A stretch of 64,000 nucleotides of DNA from assembly GCA_010405405.1 (NCBI GenBank), contig MU004231.1, positions 1,104,153 to 1,168,152 on the forward strand, read 5' to 3'. This document shows positions 11,445 to 25,205 of the stretch, piece by piece. The first letter of the stretch is position 1. Each line of letters starts with the position of its first letter. The position numbers and the translations under genes were made by a program. A model generated the notes under the pieces. The model was not told the DNA's origin. It saw nothing but the letters and a program-made list of their open reading frames with translations, and searched no databases. Source of the DNA: Microthyrium microscopicum (Eukaryota).

Positions 11445-12991
11445 ATGTCCTTCCAATTCTCTCGGTCGCAACGCTTGATGGTTATTATAGGCATATTATT
11501 CTCCTTTTTCGTTGCCGAGATTTCAGGTGTGTTAAATTAACAAGAGGACAATTCTTTTACTTCCTAGCTAACCTAGTAATGCGCTGCCAGTTGGGTTTTA
11601 CACCCACTCTCTCGCTCTTGTTGCTGATGCTTTTCACTATGTATGTTCGGACCTATGACCCCACTTGTTCGAATTGGCGGCTAAACCTTCTCCCATTAGA
11701 TGAATGATTTAGTTGGATTTATCGTTGCGCTTGTTGCACTTAAGGTAGATCAAACAATTGGTACCGATCATGCTCACTAACATGCTTAATCCAGATATTG
11801 CAACGCGACAAGAACCCTAAAGGACTGTCATTTGGCTGGCAACGGGCGCAGCTTCTAGGTGCCTTCTTTAATGGTGTTTTTCTCCTGGCACTCGGCGTTA
11901 GCATCTTCCTACAATCAATAGAGCGATTTGTGTTACTACAAAGTATGTCTACGATCTTTGCAATAATTACGCTACTAATATATCTTTAGAGGTTGAAAAT
12001 CTAATGCTAATCTTGATAATGGGATGTATTGGTCTTACTTTGAACATCATCAGCGTTACATTCCTGCATGGTACGAAGCCACTACAATATCCTGCAGATA
12101 AAGCAAGGCTCACGTATAACTCCTAGAACATAACCACGATCATAAAAGCACAGAAGAACATCCAACTACTACTGGAATTGACAACAGCTTTGAACTATCT
12201 ACATTGCAAGATGCAAGTGCTACGCTCATTATACTGAATGTCTACAGATTATACTAACACGAACTAGACAACGCATTCCCATCAAGATCATCGCCATCAA
12301 ATAATTGAACTAAAAGGAAAGGGTCATGACCTTAGTATGATGGGTGTCCTTGTACACTTGGTTGGAGATGCTATCAACAATATAGGTGTTATTATTGCGG
12401 CTGCGGTAATTTGGAAAGCTAAATATGAGGGGAGATTTTACGCCGACCCTGGAGTTAGTATGGGTATCGCGATAATGATACTACTTTCAGCATTACCCCT
12501 TGGTAAGTCAAGTTCTTACTACTCTGCCAAATACTCACAAACTTGCCTCAGTTAGAAATAGCGGTAGCATCTTACTCGAGAGCGTGCCCCTCGGTGTTGA
12601 TATTGATGATATTCAATACGATCTCGAAAAGGTAGCTTAAACTAAGACGTCTGCAACCAAATCGATAACTACTAAAGCCGTACAGGTTGAAGGAGTGGTG
12701 TCTATACATGAGTTGCACGTGTGGCGTTTGAGCCAAGACAAGGCTCTGGCATCGGCCCATGTCCTCACTTCTGACGATTCGCTTACAAGTTTTATGAATC
12801 AAGCACGGCTCATCAACCAGTGCCTGCATGCTTATGGAATTCATTCTACTACGCTACAACCCGAGCTTGTAACGTCTATTGGAGTCGACAGCGGTGGAGA
12901 ATTGCATGGGTTGCGGCAGCGACCAGTCAAGACTGCCAGTTGTCAAATCAATTGTGGAAGTCTATGCGAAGACTTGACTTGTTGTGGCTAA
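11445..12991 (+). CDS. CDF-family zinc/cobalt efflux transporter (ZRC1/COT1-like) #1, multi-exon
   Basis: SLALVADAFHYMND, SFGWQRAQLLGAFFNGVFL, His-rich loop, HLVGDAINN, YADP, IHELHVW, GIHSTTLQPE, Cys-rich tail. About 8 short introns, one apparently GC-AG. Confidence 0.9.
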
Positions 12992-13291
12992 GGGAACTAT
13001 GAGGTCTCAACAAAGCCGTTCAAGGGCGTACCCGAGGGCTTTGATTCAGAATGGCCACATTACGTGCATGATAAGTGGAGAGAGAGTAATCATTGAGGTC
13101 GTTAGAATGTGTAAATAACAATGTATTCTGGGCTCCTGAAGAACATATCCCCTCTTGCCTTCTCTCTTCCTGTACTGTACTTGTATTGTCGTACAGCCCC
13201 CTCGAGAGCTCCAAGTCGTCGGGCTTGAGGAAAGCGGCCTCAACGGCAACAACCTTCATTATTCCAGTACTGTCTTCGCCATTCCCTTCCG

Positions 13292-14677
13292 CTAAATAGA
13301 TGTACCAGGATAGTAGAAGGCAGAGACAGCGATGATAACATATACAATAACGCAGAGTGCCCCCTCGAGATAATTGCTCTTCTGGTCACGAAGGAAGTTG
13401 CCTACAACAACGATTGCCAGGATCATAATAATGATCTCAAAAAGCTCGAAGTTGAGGTTCATTGTCTTGCCAAGGCCCCATCCTACGATAACTACTAGCG
13501 GGGTATTGAAGAGAGCTGTTTGGATGGTCGCGCCTAGGACATGAGACAGGGCAAAGTTCATCTGGTTGTCCCAGGCTTCATCGATGGCTGTAAGATGCTC
13601 GGCGGCCTTCTCAACAAGAGGGACAAGGATAAGACCCATGAAGGCCTCGGTGATGCCACGTTCCTCGACGATATAACCAATCTGCTCAACCAAGGATATA
13701 GCAACTAGTGTCACTAGAGTCATAGATACTAACAAGGCGATGACACATTCCGTCAAGGTGAGCTTTGACTTTGCAGCATCTCTGGCTTTGTCTGCATCCT
13801 TCTCTTCGTCCCGTTCCAAGATAGCATCAAAGATGCAGTGCTGTGTTCGCATTTGAAACCAGATATAGATGAGGTAGGCGATGATGAGAAGGATTGAGGT
13901 AACTCGACTGATATGAAGCACATTATCTTGAATGGTCTCTTCTGTGATGTTTGAAGCGCCGGCGATGGCATGGTAATAAGCAGATGGAACAATAAGGGCA
14001 AGCCCACTGCGATTCAAAATTAGCAATGGCACTGACGGCTGTTTGGATAGGTAGGCAAACGCTGTTAATAATATACCACAACCGACTTCGCTAACGGTAT
14101 CACTAAATTCTTACTCGCCGCGTCTCAGGCCGCCAGCGAAGAAGCAGAACCCGAGACAAAGAAGCATTATAACAAGTATAGAGCCTAAGACTGCGGACTT
14201 AACAACAGGATATTAGTCCCGTATTAACAGCACTATAAAGAAGATAAGCTCAACCATTAATCCCAGCATGTTCTCAATCAGGACGCCGGCCACTTTTAGG
14301 AGCTTACGTGCAAACTCTTATCCGGCAAAGCCAATCGTATTAGCACATAGTACCATAGCAAGATAGTTAAGGATGAAGACAATAAGATGCAAGTTACTCT
14401 TAATATAACGCAGAGCGAGTGCTACAGAAACCGTGGGCCATAATATATTGCAGAGCCTAGATGCATCGCTCATTGATGTCCAAAGAATTCTGAAGAAGTG
14501 TATTGGGTGTATACCCCTTCGCCCACTTTCACCACCAGGAGCGATCTTTCTGGTGATGCCATGACCATGGCCGGCCTCGACAGCATTCTCTAGATCGGCC
14601 GTAACCAAGGGATCCTTGCTTCGTTGAAACAATGCCATGTTACCGGCAGTGCTAATGTTGCTATGATGAATGGACAC
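13292..14677 (-). pseudogene. Ca2+/H+ exchanger (CAX, VCX1-like) with RIP-type premature stops
   Basis: LGSIL, FFAGGLR, VEKAAEHLTA, GATIQTAL and KSNYLEG motifs. In-frame TAA at 14318-14320 (GFAG*EFARK) and ~14213-14215 (RD*YPVVKS), both compatible with CAA>TAA. Confidence 0.8.
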
Positions 14678-15025
14678 TCGGTGTCCGTTGTTGCTGTCTT
14701 GCAGAGGGCGCGACTAGGACGAACCAGTATGGTCTTCAGGATAAGCAGATAAAATACTTTTCGTTCATTCCAAGGATGCGACTTGTTTTCTGCGGTGAGG
14801 ATGAGGATCAAGTATAATCGGGAGCCAGAAACTGGAATCCAAGTTCTGCTGGCTAGATTGGTGCGATGACGGCATTAACCCGTTATGGCATAGGTCATCT
14901 CTTGGCTGCTTTCGTCTCATGTGGGGTCATCACCCACTTGAAGTATTCCAGCAGCTCATCAGCTCGTATCTTATTATCCGCACGGACACTGCATCACATC
15001 CTCGATTATCCAGACTCACGACACG

Positions 15026-16690
15026 ATGGTGTGGTCAAAATCTAATCGAATTTCGGTCATGTTGGCTATCGATGTGGCCTTCTTCCTGTTGGAGCTAGGT
15101 GTTGGAATGGTCGTGGGCTCTCTGGCTCTTATGGCAGATGCCTTTCATATGGTGAGATGAGACGGCACTCTTGAGTTGAGAACGTGTACTATACTAACAG
15201 CGCGTTAGCTCAACGACATCATCTCCCTCATCGTTGGCTTGTGGGCTGTAAAAGCTGCTCAGAAACCACGGTCCGACAAATACTCATTCGGAGTATGTAC
15301 GAGGTCCGCTCCATGGACAATCTCAGCGCAATGCTAATTTGTTCCTGAAGTGGCTAAGAGCAGAGATTCTTGGCGCCTTCTTCAATGCCGTCTTCCTCAT
15401 TGCCCTCTGTCTCTCCATCATCCTCGAAGCAATGACTCGTCTCCTCGATCCTCCTGAGATCAGCAACTCTAAAATCATCCTTATCGTTGGCTCGTTGGGC
15501 CTTGCTTCAAACCTTGCGGGGTTCATTGTATTAGGAGGGCACTCTCACGGGGAAACAGAGCACGATGGCCCTGTTGACGACGTCCGCACTGTCGAGGAAG
15601 GATACGGCGGGCATACTGGCGCGATTGAAGCAGAGTATTCAGGTAAGCTATAAAAGGGCAGCCGTCTCGAAATATTGATCGCTAACGCTAACATGTTAAA
15701 GGTGGGATAAAAACAATTACGCCTTCACAGATCCGGGTCGTTTCCTCGAGTAACATAGGTGCGAATTCGAATATACACAGACGACGAAGCAGCAAACTTA
15801 GAGGCATCGTGGATGGGAGCATATACCCTGCAAGCTTCAGACAAGGAATTATTCGCGCCGGCAAGTCTACTGCAAAAGGATATGGAACTGCCACTGTTTT
15901 GGACGAGTCCGAAGACGATACCGCAGAAGAGCCTTCCGAAACTTCTCCACTTGTGAAGAGCAAAAGTGGCAGCCCTTCCCAGAAGCGCCGCAACACGTAC
16001 AGTCGATCCCGTAAAGGATTTCGGTCGGAGGCTGCGCATAGCAACTACAACCACAGCAAGCTCGCGAAGAAAGCTAATGGCGGTACTGATATGGGCACCA
16101 GTGCGATGATCTTACACGTCATTGGAGATGCTCTCGGCAATGTGGGCGTGATTGCATCGGCGCTCATTATCTGGCTTACTCCATGGTCTGGCCGGTTCTA
16201 CGCCGATCCTGCTGTCTCCTTATTCATCGCAGTCATCATCTTGAAGACGACTATACCTTTGACTACCGCCAGCGCCAAGATACTGTTACAAGGTACCCCG
16301 GATCATCTTGACATCAATAATATCAAAGATGATATTCAAGAGATCCTAGGAGTTGTCAACTGTCACCATATCCATTTATGGCAGTTAAGTGAGACCCAAC
16401 CAGTTGCGTCCCTTCACCTTCAACTCGATTTCCCTATTGAAGAAGGTGGGGTTGCTGCGAGATACATGATACTAGCAAAGGCGGTTCGAGAATGTCTGCA
16501 TGGATATGGAATACACAGCGCTACTATTCAGCCTGAGTTCTGCTTGAACGACAAACACGACCATGTAGGGCAGGCGCAGCCATCGACAAGCCTAGACGGC
16601 TTTCAATCACTGCGTCAGGTAGAGGGATTAGATCACGACGCATGCCTAATCGAGTGTGTAGATGACTGCGAGGAAAGTACCTGTTTTTAG
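15026..16690 (+). CDS. CDF-family zinc transporter (ZRC1/COT1-like) #2; 4 exons
   Basis: SLALMADAFHMLND, YSFGWLRAEILGAFFN, GGHSHG, LHVIGDALGN, YADP, HHIHLW, GIHSATIQPE, C-terminal Cys motif. Introns ~15152-15208, ~15293-15350 and 15643-15701 keep the frame. Confidence 0.9.
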
Positions 16691-17709
16691 CTTTTATTGA
16701 GGTGCAACACCAAATTTGGACCTATTCTCTCTTATTGGACCAGCGCAAGAACTCCGCAGACGAATTAAAGCCCAAGTGGTTGATGCGACGCCAGCATTTG
16801 GGCTGACGAGTGTTGTATATGTTCTTCCGTGAATAGATCTCACAATTACGCTAGCATTCTAATTCCACAAATTTACTTTTCCAGCTACGCTGGTTGGTAT
16901 TCTAACTCCCACAGGCTCACCTTAATCAATTAAAAAAGTATAAAAATGAAAACTCACCTATTACCGGCATTCCTACCCGCTCCTCGTCTCCTCTTGAACC
17001 CTCTTGATGTATTTCCCTTCCGCCTCTTCTTGAAGAATCGTCGTCAGATCGGCCGTACCACTGTACACTATAGCACGTCGACCAAAAGGCACCCGGTCCG
17101 CCTTTCCCGATTGGATGTAAATTGAGATGCTGAGAATCTAATCCAATTTAGAAGTTGTATGAAAACGGAAGTGAGGGGTAACTGACATAACCTTCATCTA
17201 AAGTGTCGTCAGCTAGGGCGTTGTTAAGTAAAGACTTCACTACAATCCTAATGTCTATTCACAGTTAGCCTGAATTTATGGCCATTACACCCGAAAACAG
17301 AAATCACAATTTACAATATCGCTGTTGTTGTTAACAGCGTCATATAGAACACAATACGCGGCCGCATAGGAATCTAGTGGGAGGCAATATCACAAGCAGG
17401 AAACAGCTTTATCGGACAAATAAGCCTCAGAGAGATGAAGTAGTACAGATAGACGAAGCTGAACAGTGGAGGGAGACTGTAGGGTATACGGACGACACAA
17501 CACAAGTGTGCAGAGCACGAGAGAGACACACAGTATCAGATTACAGACAAAATCATACCACAGACAACATACAAGAAGTAACTAGGATTAAAGAACATGT
17601 ACACAGATAGATAGATAACGCAGAGCTGAGGGGGCAGCTGGTCATACTTCTGGTATGGCGAAGTGGGGCTTAATCAAATTAAGCGTCGGCTGCTTGGTAA
17701 CGCTCTGTA

Positions 17710-19515
17710 ACGTAGTAGACAGGGTTTCCGACAGACCCCCTTTCCGACACCCTACATTAGATAATTGTAGATTTACTTAAACCACTATAATAATGCAATT
17801 AAATGTTATTTCGCTTTGAAATTTAAATAGTGAATTAAGAAGACCTTAAAAATTACGTTTCTGCCTTTTTAAATAGCAAATATACCTTAGAAGTTAAAGC
17901 AGTAAAGGCTTTTAGGGTTCCTAGATCTACCTTAAAGAGATAATTAAAAGGCACTAAAAGTCATAAATCTAGCTATTCCTCTTATTAGAAATTGTTAATT
18001 GTAGAAAAGTATAAAGTTGTCCTTTAGTGTAAGAGTAAGGAATTAGCTAGTTATCCTCCTACCTATATAAGAATTAAAGACTTTGCCTAAGAGATTTTAT
18101 AATAGTAAATTCTAGAGGCCTTTTTAGGCACAAATTAGCATAAATTATTCAAAAGATAAAATCTAGATATTATTTCTATTATAGCAAGACGTATTAATAA
18201 ATAGCGAGTTAATAGAACTAATTTCAAAGCTATTATAGACTTCTTTTAACAATTTGAAAGTGCTATTTCTTTCCTTAAGGTTAAACTAGCTAATATATAT
18301 AATATAAACAAGATAGGAATACGTTTAGGTATTACTAGCAAAGAAGTAGTTATTATATCTTAATAGATAGCAGAAACAACGAAATCTAGAAACTTATTTA
18401 TCTTAGAGAATGGTAGTAAAGAGAATACTTTAATTCTTAAAACTATATTAGCTACTAGTTAAACTATACCATTTTTAGCTATCTATAAAGGCTAAAACAT
18501 TTAAGATTCTTAGTTCCCTCCTAGATTACGTAAAGAGCTTAAATCTAAAGGCTTTTCCTTTGCTATAATAACTAATAGCTAGACGTTAAATTAGTTAGGC
18601 AAACAATAGCTTAAAACGACCTTTTTACCCTTTATAAAACTATTAGATTCTTTAGAATGGAGGATTTTAATCTATAATAACTATAGATTATATATTACTT
18701 TAGAATTTCGCTATCTTTACCTTAAAAATAAGGTCTAAATCGTCTATTTACCTCTATATTTATTATATCAAACTTAGCCTTTAGATATTAGCATTTTTAG
18801 ACTATTAAAATGACATTTTATAGCTACACTTAATAGATCTTCTCTTAAGTCTTTATTTACTCCTATTTAGAAGAGAATCTTTATATAAATATATATAATT
18901 ACTTATTAAAAAGCTTTCTATAAAGCAAATGGCGTTTCTGCTTTTAAAGTAACTAGAATTTAGCCTATAAATTGATATAAAGTACTTTAGTATATTCTAC
19001 TAACTCCTAAAAATTCTTAGTAGTTAATTTCTATGCAATCTATACCTATTTCTCCTTCTTTATCTTCTTTGCCCTTTATTAAAAGGCTTTAGTTTACGCT
19101 AAGAACGAAGAGATTAGTTATATATAGTATTTTAAGAGAAATAAGCTAAATCTCTTTTTACAATTTAGCTTTATAATAATATATAGTTATGCTTTAAAAT
19201 TAAGTAACTATGCTTATAGTACCTAAAGGATTAAGCATAAGGAAGAAGAGGAATTATAATAAAGAATTAAAGGATATAAATTTAATTACATTAAAATATG
19301 CTTTAAATAAGCTTATGCAAGCTTCTAAAGCTATTTTAGAGGCTTAGAAACTAATTAAAAAGAGGAAATGTAGCGTAAAGATTAAGCTTAATTTATCTAT
19401 TTAATTTATTTAAATATCTTATATTTTAGTTGAGATATTTTGTAGTGATGATCTAGTAATTATCTATTTTGGGGGTGTCGGAAAGGGGGTCTGTCGGAAA
19501 CCCTGTCCACTACGT
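17710..19515 (+). mobile_element. pogo/Fot1-type (Tc1/mariner superfamily) DNA transposon, RIP-degraded
   Basis: 43-bp TIRs starting ACGT (17710-17752 and 19473-19515, 1 mismatch), TA duplication on both sides, ~1.8 kb, very AT/TpA-rich stop-riddled interior. Confidence 0.9.
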
Positions 19516-19748
19516 TATCCGGGCATGGATGCGTGAAAAGCGGCCAACATCGAGTAGGAATTAATCAATCAATCAATCAACCTCGCCACTCATTTATTGT
19601 AATCCAAGTGAGATACTCTGTACTGTCTTGCGCTAAACTTTGCCCGCCAATTCTGAACTAATATGCGTCTATGGACGTGAGCCAGGAAGATCATCTCGAG
19701 CTAGTATTTGGCCCAGTCCAGACGCTCCTTGTTGTCACCTACTGCAAT

Positions 19749-21316
19749 CTATTCTTTCCTGCTGCTCTGAAGCATTGCCAGTTGCAATGCTGACCGAGCA
19801 TTCCAATCCGGGATATTGTAGAATTGCACTACCTCGACTCGATCCCCAAGCTTGACATCTTTAAGGGTTGGCTGGGGCGCATCTCTTGCAACCTGAAGGG
19901 CGATGTTCAGCCACTGGTCCCAAGCCTCTGACATTGGCGCTGCTTTGCTTCGACGTACCCAGTCGATCTCGCGAGTGGCGATAATGACCTTCCATAGTGC
20001 TTCGGTGAAAGTCTCATTGTATGACACGTAGTGTTCTCGGCAGCCTGGTTCAGGTGGGCGCTTCGATCGGTTCCTCGCAGACCGTTTGGTCCTGCTATGC
20101 CCTGAATCTTTGAGCAAGTTCTTTGCCACGGGTGTTGGTGCTTCGTTAAATGCTTCGGGGCTGACTTGAAAGGCGGATGTGTCCCAGTGGAAGTTCTGAG
20201 GTAAAGCAGCAATAGTCCAGTACGCTGCATTTAAGATTAGATATGAGACTGCAAAGGCAACCTGAGAATTTGTCCCAGCATTACTGAGGAACAGTACGCT
20301 AAACATCAGGATGATGCTACTTATGAGAGCAGTGATTCGATGTTTGTATGGCTGTTGCATGTGGTAGTCAATACCCTCAGGGGCGAAGTATAGCTCTCTA
20401 GCAACGTCCTCGGTGCATCGAACAATGATAAAACTGCCTTTCGGATATCTGATAACCACGTCCCCAGGCGGTGTCCAATGATTTCTCTCCCCTGCTCTTT
20501 TGGGCAGTTTTAATCTCCATTTATTGGTCACGCCGACAAGCGTTGATAACAAAGAAAGGGAGATATCTGCAAGAATGGCCATCCCATCCCGCTGCCATAC
20601 CCCGATGCCTAAGAGGATCAGAGACAGAACGCAACCAAGTACCGCCACCCACCATGTCGGTCCATAGGTTCGGGCTTTGATTTCCCTCTTGCTGTTTACC
20701 CGCTGTATTCGAATGCATTTTACAGCGTACTCTGGAAGGCTTTCAGCTGTACTGTCATTTCACCAAGTCAGTTTCCGTGATGAAGACCTAGAGCGGTATA
20801 GTCCATTGAAGCTGTAGGCAGGTACCGGAGGATAAGATCTCAGATATGTAACTTAGGACTCATGATAAATTTCACCCGCTGCTATACGCAAAAAAGTGGA
20901 AGCACTCTAGCATTCATCACATACAATTGAGTACAGAAAGGCCGAACCTACTCATAATCTCTGAAGCTGCGGCCATCCTATAGTTGCGATATCGACGGGA
21001 AGCTATCAACTTACAGTAAAATGTGCCCCAGGAAATTTACATATGGTCTGAAATTTCCTGAACTAACTCCTACCACTTGACCTGGTATTGGGGATAGGTT
21101 GTTCTGTCGCGAAGGGAGTAATAGAGCTTGTGGGGCCGGAAGAAGTCGAGGAAGGTAGATCATACGCGAGAGCGTGGCGACTTGAGACGTGGACGTAACA
21201 GCACCTTCGCCGAGGATGGCCAAAAGGCCGACGACATTTGATTGCAAGTTATTCCACCGGAGGCCATTGGCGAACTGGCCGTTGATGTTTAGGCGACCCC
21301 AACCAAGTTGGTACAT
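19749..21316 (-). CDS. Fungal hypothetical multi-pass membrane protein, divergent from the P-type ATPase; spliced, start uncertain
   Basis: ORFs 21011-21415 (VVGLLAILGE..LPRLLPAPQALL) and 19749-20648 (several hydrophobic helices). Donor GTAAGT at ~21014; the frame stays open upstream of 20648 to ~20755. Confidence 0.6.
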
Positions 21317-21643
21317 GACGGGGCGTTGTGATACCACGGCCGAATCTTTTATAGCATGGTACCTATAAGAAGACAATGATGTGTGATTCACAGATCGTGA
21401 GAATCGTGAGGACAAAGGCTTTATCGTGTGGGGCTTCGATGCTTGACCGGTCCCAGTTATCGTGGCTAGTGATGATTGGTTGATGCTGTGCCTCGAGTCA
21501 ACCTTGCATGCTTTCGTGCAGAAATCTTCGCTTTTAGGGTTAGGCGCCCTCTCACCTCATGCCCTTTCCCCACCTGCTCCATGCCTCGCTCATTCCCTTC
21601 CATCACCACACCATCACCATCACCATCACCACAGTAAGCTAAA

Positions 21644-24600
21644 ATGGACCCAACCAATCAATGTACTTCCGGCTGTCATGAGAATGTAGAGCAATTTATG
21701 GTCAGACCTGCTGGAGTTGTCCTCACCGGGAATGAAGCCGAGGGCTGCGCTTCTGGTTGTTGCGCTGGCTCTGCCATCCAAGTTCCTGCGATCCGCGGCA
21801 ACCACACCATTACGAGTGCGCAGTGCAGCTCTGAAGACTGTAATGACTCATTGTCTATGGCAGTTCCAGCGCCTGTTAAGGAAGAGCTCGTCACAGACGG
21901 TTGTACTGGTGTTTGGTGCACTGAGAAGCCAGTTTCGGTTGCGGTCGAGGAATCACAGGCAGACAACTGCGACAATGGCTGCTGTGGAACCACAAATGAA
22001 GCGCCCATTGAAGCCTGCAAAGATGACTACTCTGGCGGCGTGAAGCCTGAGGAAGCTCAGGAGTCTAAAGGTGAGATGTAGTAAGGAATACATGGGCTAA
22101 AAGACTGACTTAACATTTCAGAGTGCAAAGACGCATGTTATTCCCCTACTAAGGTACCAACTGTCTCGGCAAATAACTGCTGTGATAGCAAGCCGACCCC
22201 ATGCTGTAATGGTATGCCCCTTCCCATCATTTCATCGACACCCACCAACCAACTAACAGAAGATTGTGTCGAACGCCTGGTTGTTCGCGAATGCGATACT
22301 GAGTGTATCGAAAGAGGCGCAAAAGGTACGTGCTTGTTTGTCTTCACGGAGCGGGCGCGCTAACAAGTCAACGTAAGGCTACAAGCGCAAGACTCCTTCC
22401 TCTACATCCTCCGATAAAGACGCAAAATGCTGCCCCAATGGTATTACTGCACGTCGGTTCTACCGTGAGCTCCTCAGAAGTCTAGGCTGCCTTTGTGGCA
22501 CGGCCAAAGCTCGTGGTGGGAAAACATGCTGTAATATTGCTTCTCGAACTGCCCCAGTTGCCCAGGAATCGATTCGACCTGCTTGCACCAAAAATCAGAA
22601 CGACCGTCTGCACCGTTCAAGCAGAGACAAATTTCCCCATTCCTCTCGTAAGGCTGACACCTGTGGCGGCGATGGTGACGATGACTGCTGCACTACAAAA
22701 CCTCATGCTCCGAGTATGAAAGAGAAGCTTCCGGAACTGGCCGTTCAAGGCGTTTCAGGTTTCACTCCATCAAACCTGGAGGATGGCGTTGCCGAAAATG
22801 AGCATGTCGTTCTCAGCGTGTCTGGCATGACTTGTGTTGGATGCGAGACCAAGCTTCAGCGATCTCTCGCTACGATCAATGCTGTGCAAAACCTGAAGAC
22901 CAGTTTGCTCCTTTGTCGAGCAGAATTCGACCTGGATCGTCGCTACGAAACCGTTGACAGCATCATCCACCAACTGCAGCGGATCACTGAGTTTAAGTAC
23001 GAAGAGCTCAGGCAAGATGGCTCCGAGATTGAAGTCTGGCCCCCTAACGTTAAGGGTTTCGTACAGCAAGATTTACCCGTAGGTGTTATCTCGCTTCAAG
23101 CGGTCGATAAGACTACTGTCCGCATCCTTTACAACCCTAGTATCGTGGGGGCGAGAGACCTGGTCGAACAAGAGTTTGGAATCCCTTTGACTATTGCTCC
23201 AATCAAGCGTGATCCAAATCTCGCAGCTGGTAGTAAGCACGTTCGACACGTCGGGCTGATGACTTTGCTATCGGCCGTGCTCACAATCCCCGTCTTGGTA
23301 CTCGCGTGGGCTCCTATACGCGAACAACCCATTGTTTACGGCGGCGTATCTTTGGCCTTAGCAACCTTGGTTCAATTTGTTGTTGCAGGCCCATTCTATC
23401 CAACGGCACTAAAGAGCTTGGTCTTTGCGAGAATGATTGAGATGGATCTCCTCATTGTGATCAGCACTAGTGCAGCATATGTTTTTTCAGTGGTCGCATT
23501 TGGCTATATGGCCGCGGGAAAACCGTTAGCCACTGGAGAGTTTTTTGAGACTAGCACACTCCTTGTTACCCTGATCATGGTTGGGCGCTGGATTAGCGCT
23601 CTAGCCCGTCAAAAAGCCGTGGAATCCGTCTCTGTACGTTCCCTGCAGACACATACGGCAGTACTTGTCGGAGCGGAAGACGAGAGTACGAGAGAGATTG
23701 ATACAAGGCTCCTGCAGTATGGTGACATCTTTCGAGTAGCACCAGAATCTCGCATTCCTACCGATGGTACCGTTATTGCAGGAGTTTCGGAGATCGATGA
23801 ATCTATGATCACAGGCGAGTCCCTTCCTGTGGACAAACGACCCGGGAAGGTTGTCATCGCAGGCTCGGTCAATGGGTCTGGAGTTCTCACTGTCCAACTC
23901 AGCAGATTGCCAGGAAATAACACTATTAGCACCATCGCAAACATGGTAGATGAAGCAAAACTGTCTAAGCCAAAAATACAGGACGTGGCAGACAAAGTGG
24001 CCAGCTTGTTCGTCCCGACCGCAATCGCACTCGCGCTTCTCGTGTTCATCATCTGGATTCCAGTTGGATTGAAGGTACGGCAATATGCTAGCTCGCGTGC
24101 GGTCACCGAGGCCTTAACATATGCCATCACTGTCATTATCGTCTCCTGTCCCTGCGCGATCGGACTGGCGGTGCCCATGGTCATCGTGGTCGCTGGGGGT
24201 GTTGCTGCTAGGCACGGTTGCATCTTCAAGACAGCCACAACCATCGAGATTGCGCGCAAGACGTCCCACGTGGTTTTTGATAAGACTGGAACTTTGACGC
24301 AGGGGCAGCTGAGTGTCGCCGCGGAAAAATGCTTCGGAGATGAGCAGTCTGTTGCCGCCGCTGTCTATGCGTTGGTATCCCAAGTTAAGCACCCAGTATC
24401 GCTTGCTGTCAAGAACAATCTTGAAAGCAAAATCGCCTCCAAGCAGAAAGCATCCGACGTTACATCTCATACTGGCAAAGGTGTAGAGGGCACTATCAGT
24501 GGAAAAGTTGTGAAGGCAGGCAATTCACGCTGGCTCGGTTTTGATGACCATCCAGCCGTAAAGAATTTTCTTGCACAGGGTTATACGACGCTTTGCACCA

Positions 24601-25205
24601 CCATTGACGGCGAATTAGTAGCGATTTTCGGCTTGCAGGATTCCTTACGGTCGGATGCAAGAAAAACCGTTGCAGAGCTCCAACGACGCAGCATCAAGGT
24701 GTCTATCGTTAGTGGTGACGATGAAGGCCCAGTCTCCATTGTCGCGCGCCAACTTGGCATCACCAGCTTCCGCTCTAAGTGCTCCCCTGCAGACAAGCTA
24801 AAGTTCGTGAAAGATCTCACCGACACGGGCAAAATCACCATCTTCTGTGGCGATGGAACCAACGATGCAGTAGCACTTGCACAAGCGACCATTGGCGTGC
24901 ATATGAACGAGGGTACGGACGTCGCGCAGAGCGCTGCTGACGCGGTTCTCGTCCGCTCATCGCTAATCGATATCATAACGCTCATCGATTTGTCAAAGGC
25001 GTCCATGCTCCGAATCGCAATCAACTTTGGGTGGTCATTTATCTACAACATTCTTGCCATCCTCCTCGCTTCTGGAGCACTGGTCAATGTTCGCATCCCC
25101 CCGAAATTTGCAGGTCTTGGAGAGCTGGTGTCTGTCCTGCCTGTTATTGCCATTGCGATGCAGCTTAGGTGGGCTAAGTTCTCCAACACCCCAACAACCG
25201 GATAA
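21644..25205 (+). CDS. PCA1: P1B-type heavy-metal ATPase with Cys-rich N-terminus (Pca1-like, probable cadmium exporter)
   Basis: Many CC/CxxxC motifs in the N-terminal exons, HMA GMTCVGC, TGES, CPC, DKTGT, HP, GDGTND. Introns ~22071-22120, ~22212-22262 and ~22326-22378 link exon 1 in frame to ORF 22716. Confidence 0.88.

Noticed and set aside
17323..17630. Purine-rich LTR-like stretch and ORF 17377-17610
   Set aside because: Termini and TSD could not be defined, and the ORF has no recognisable features.
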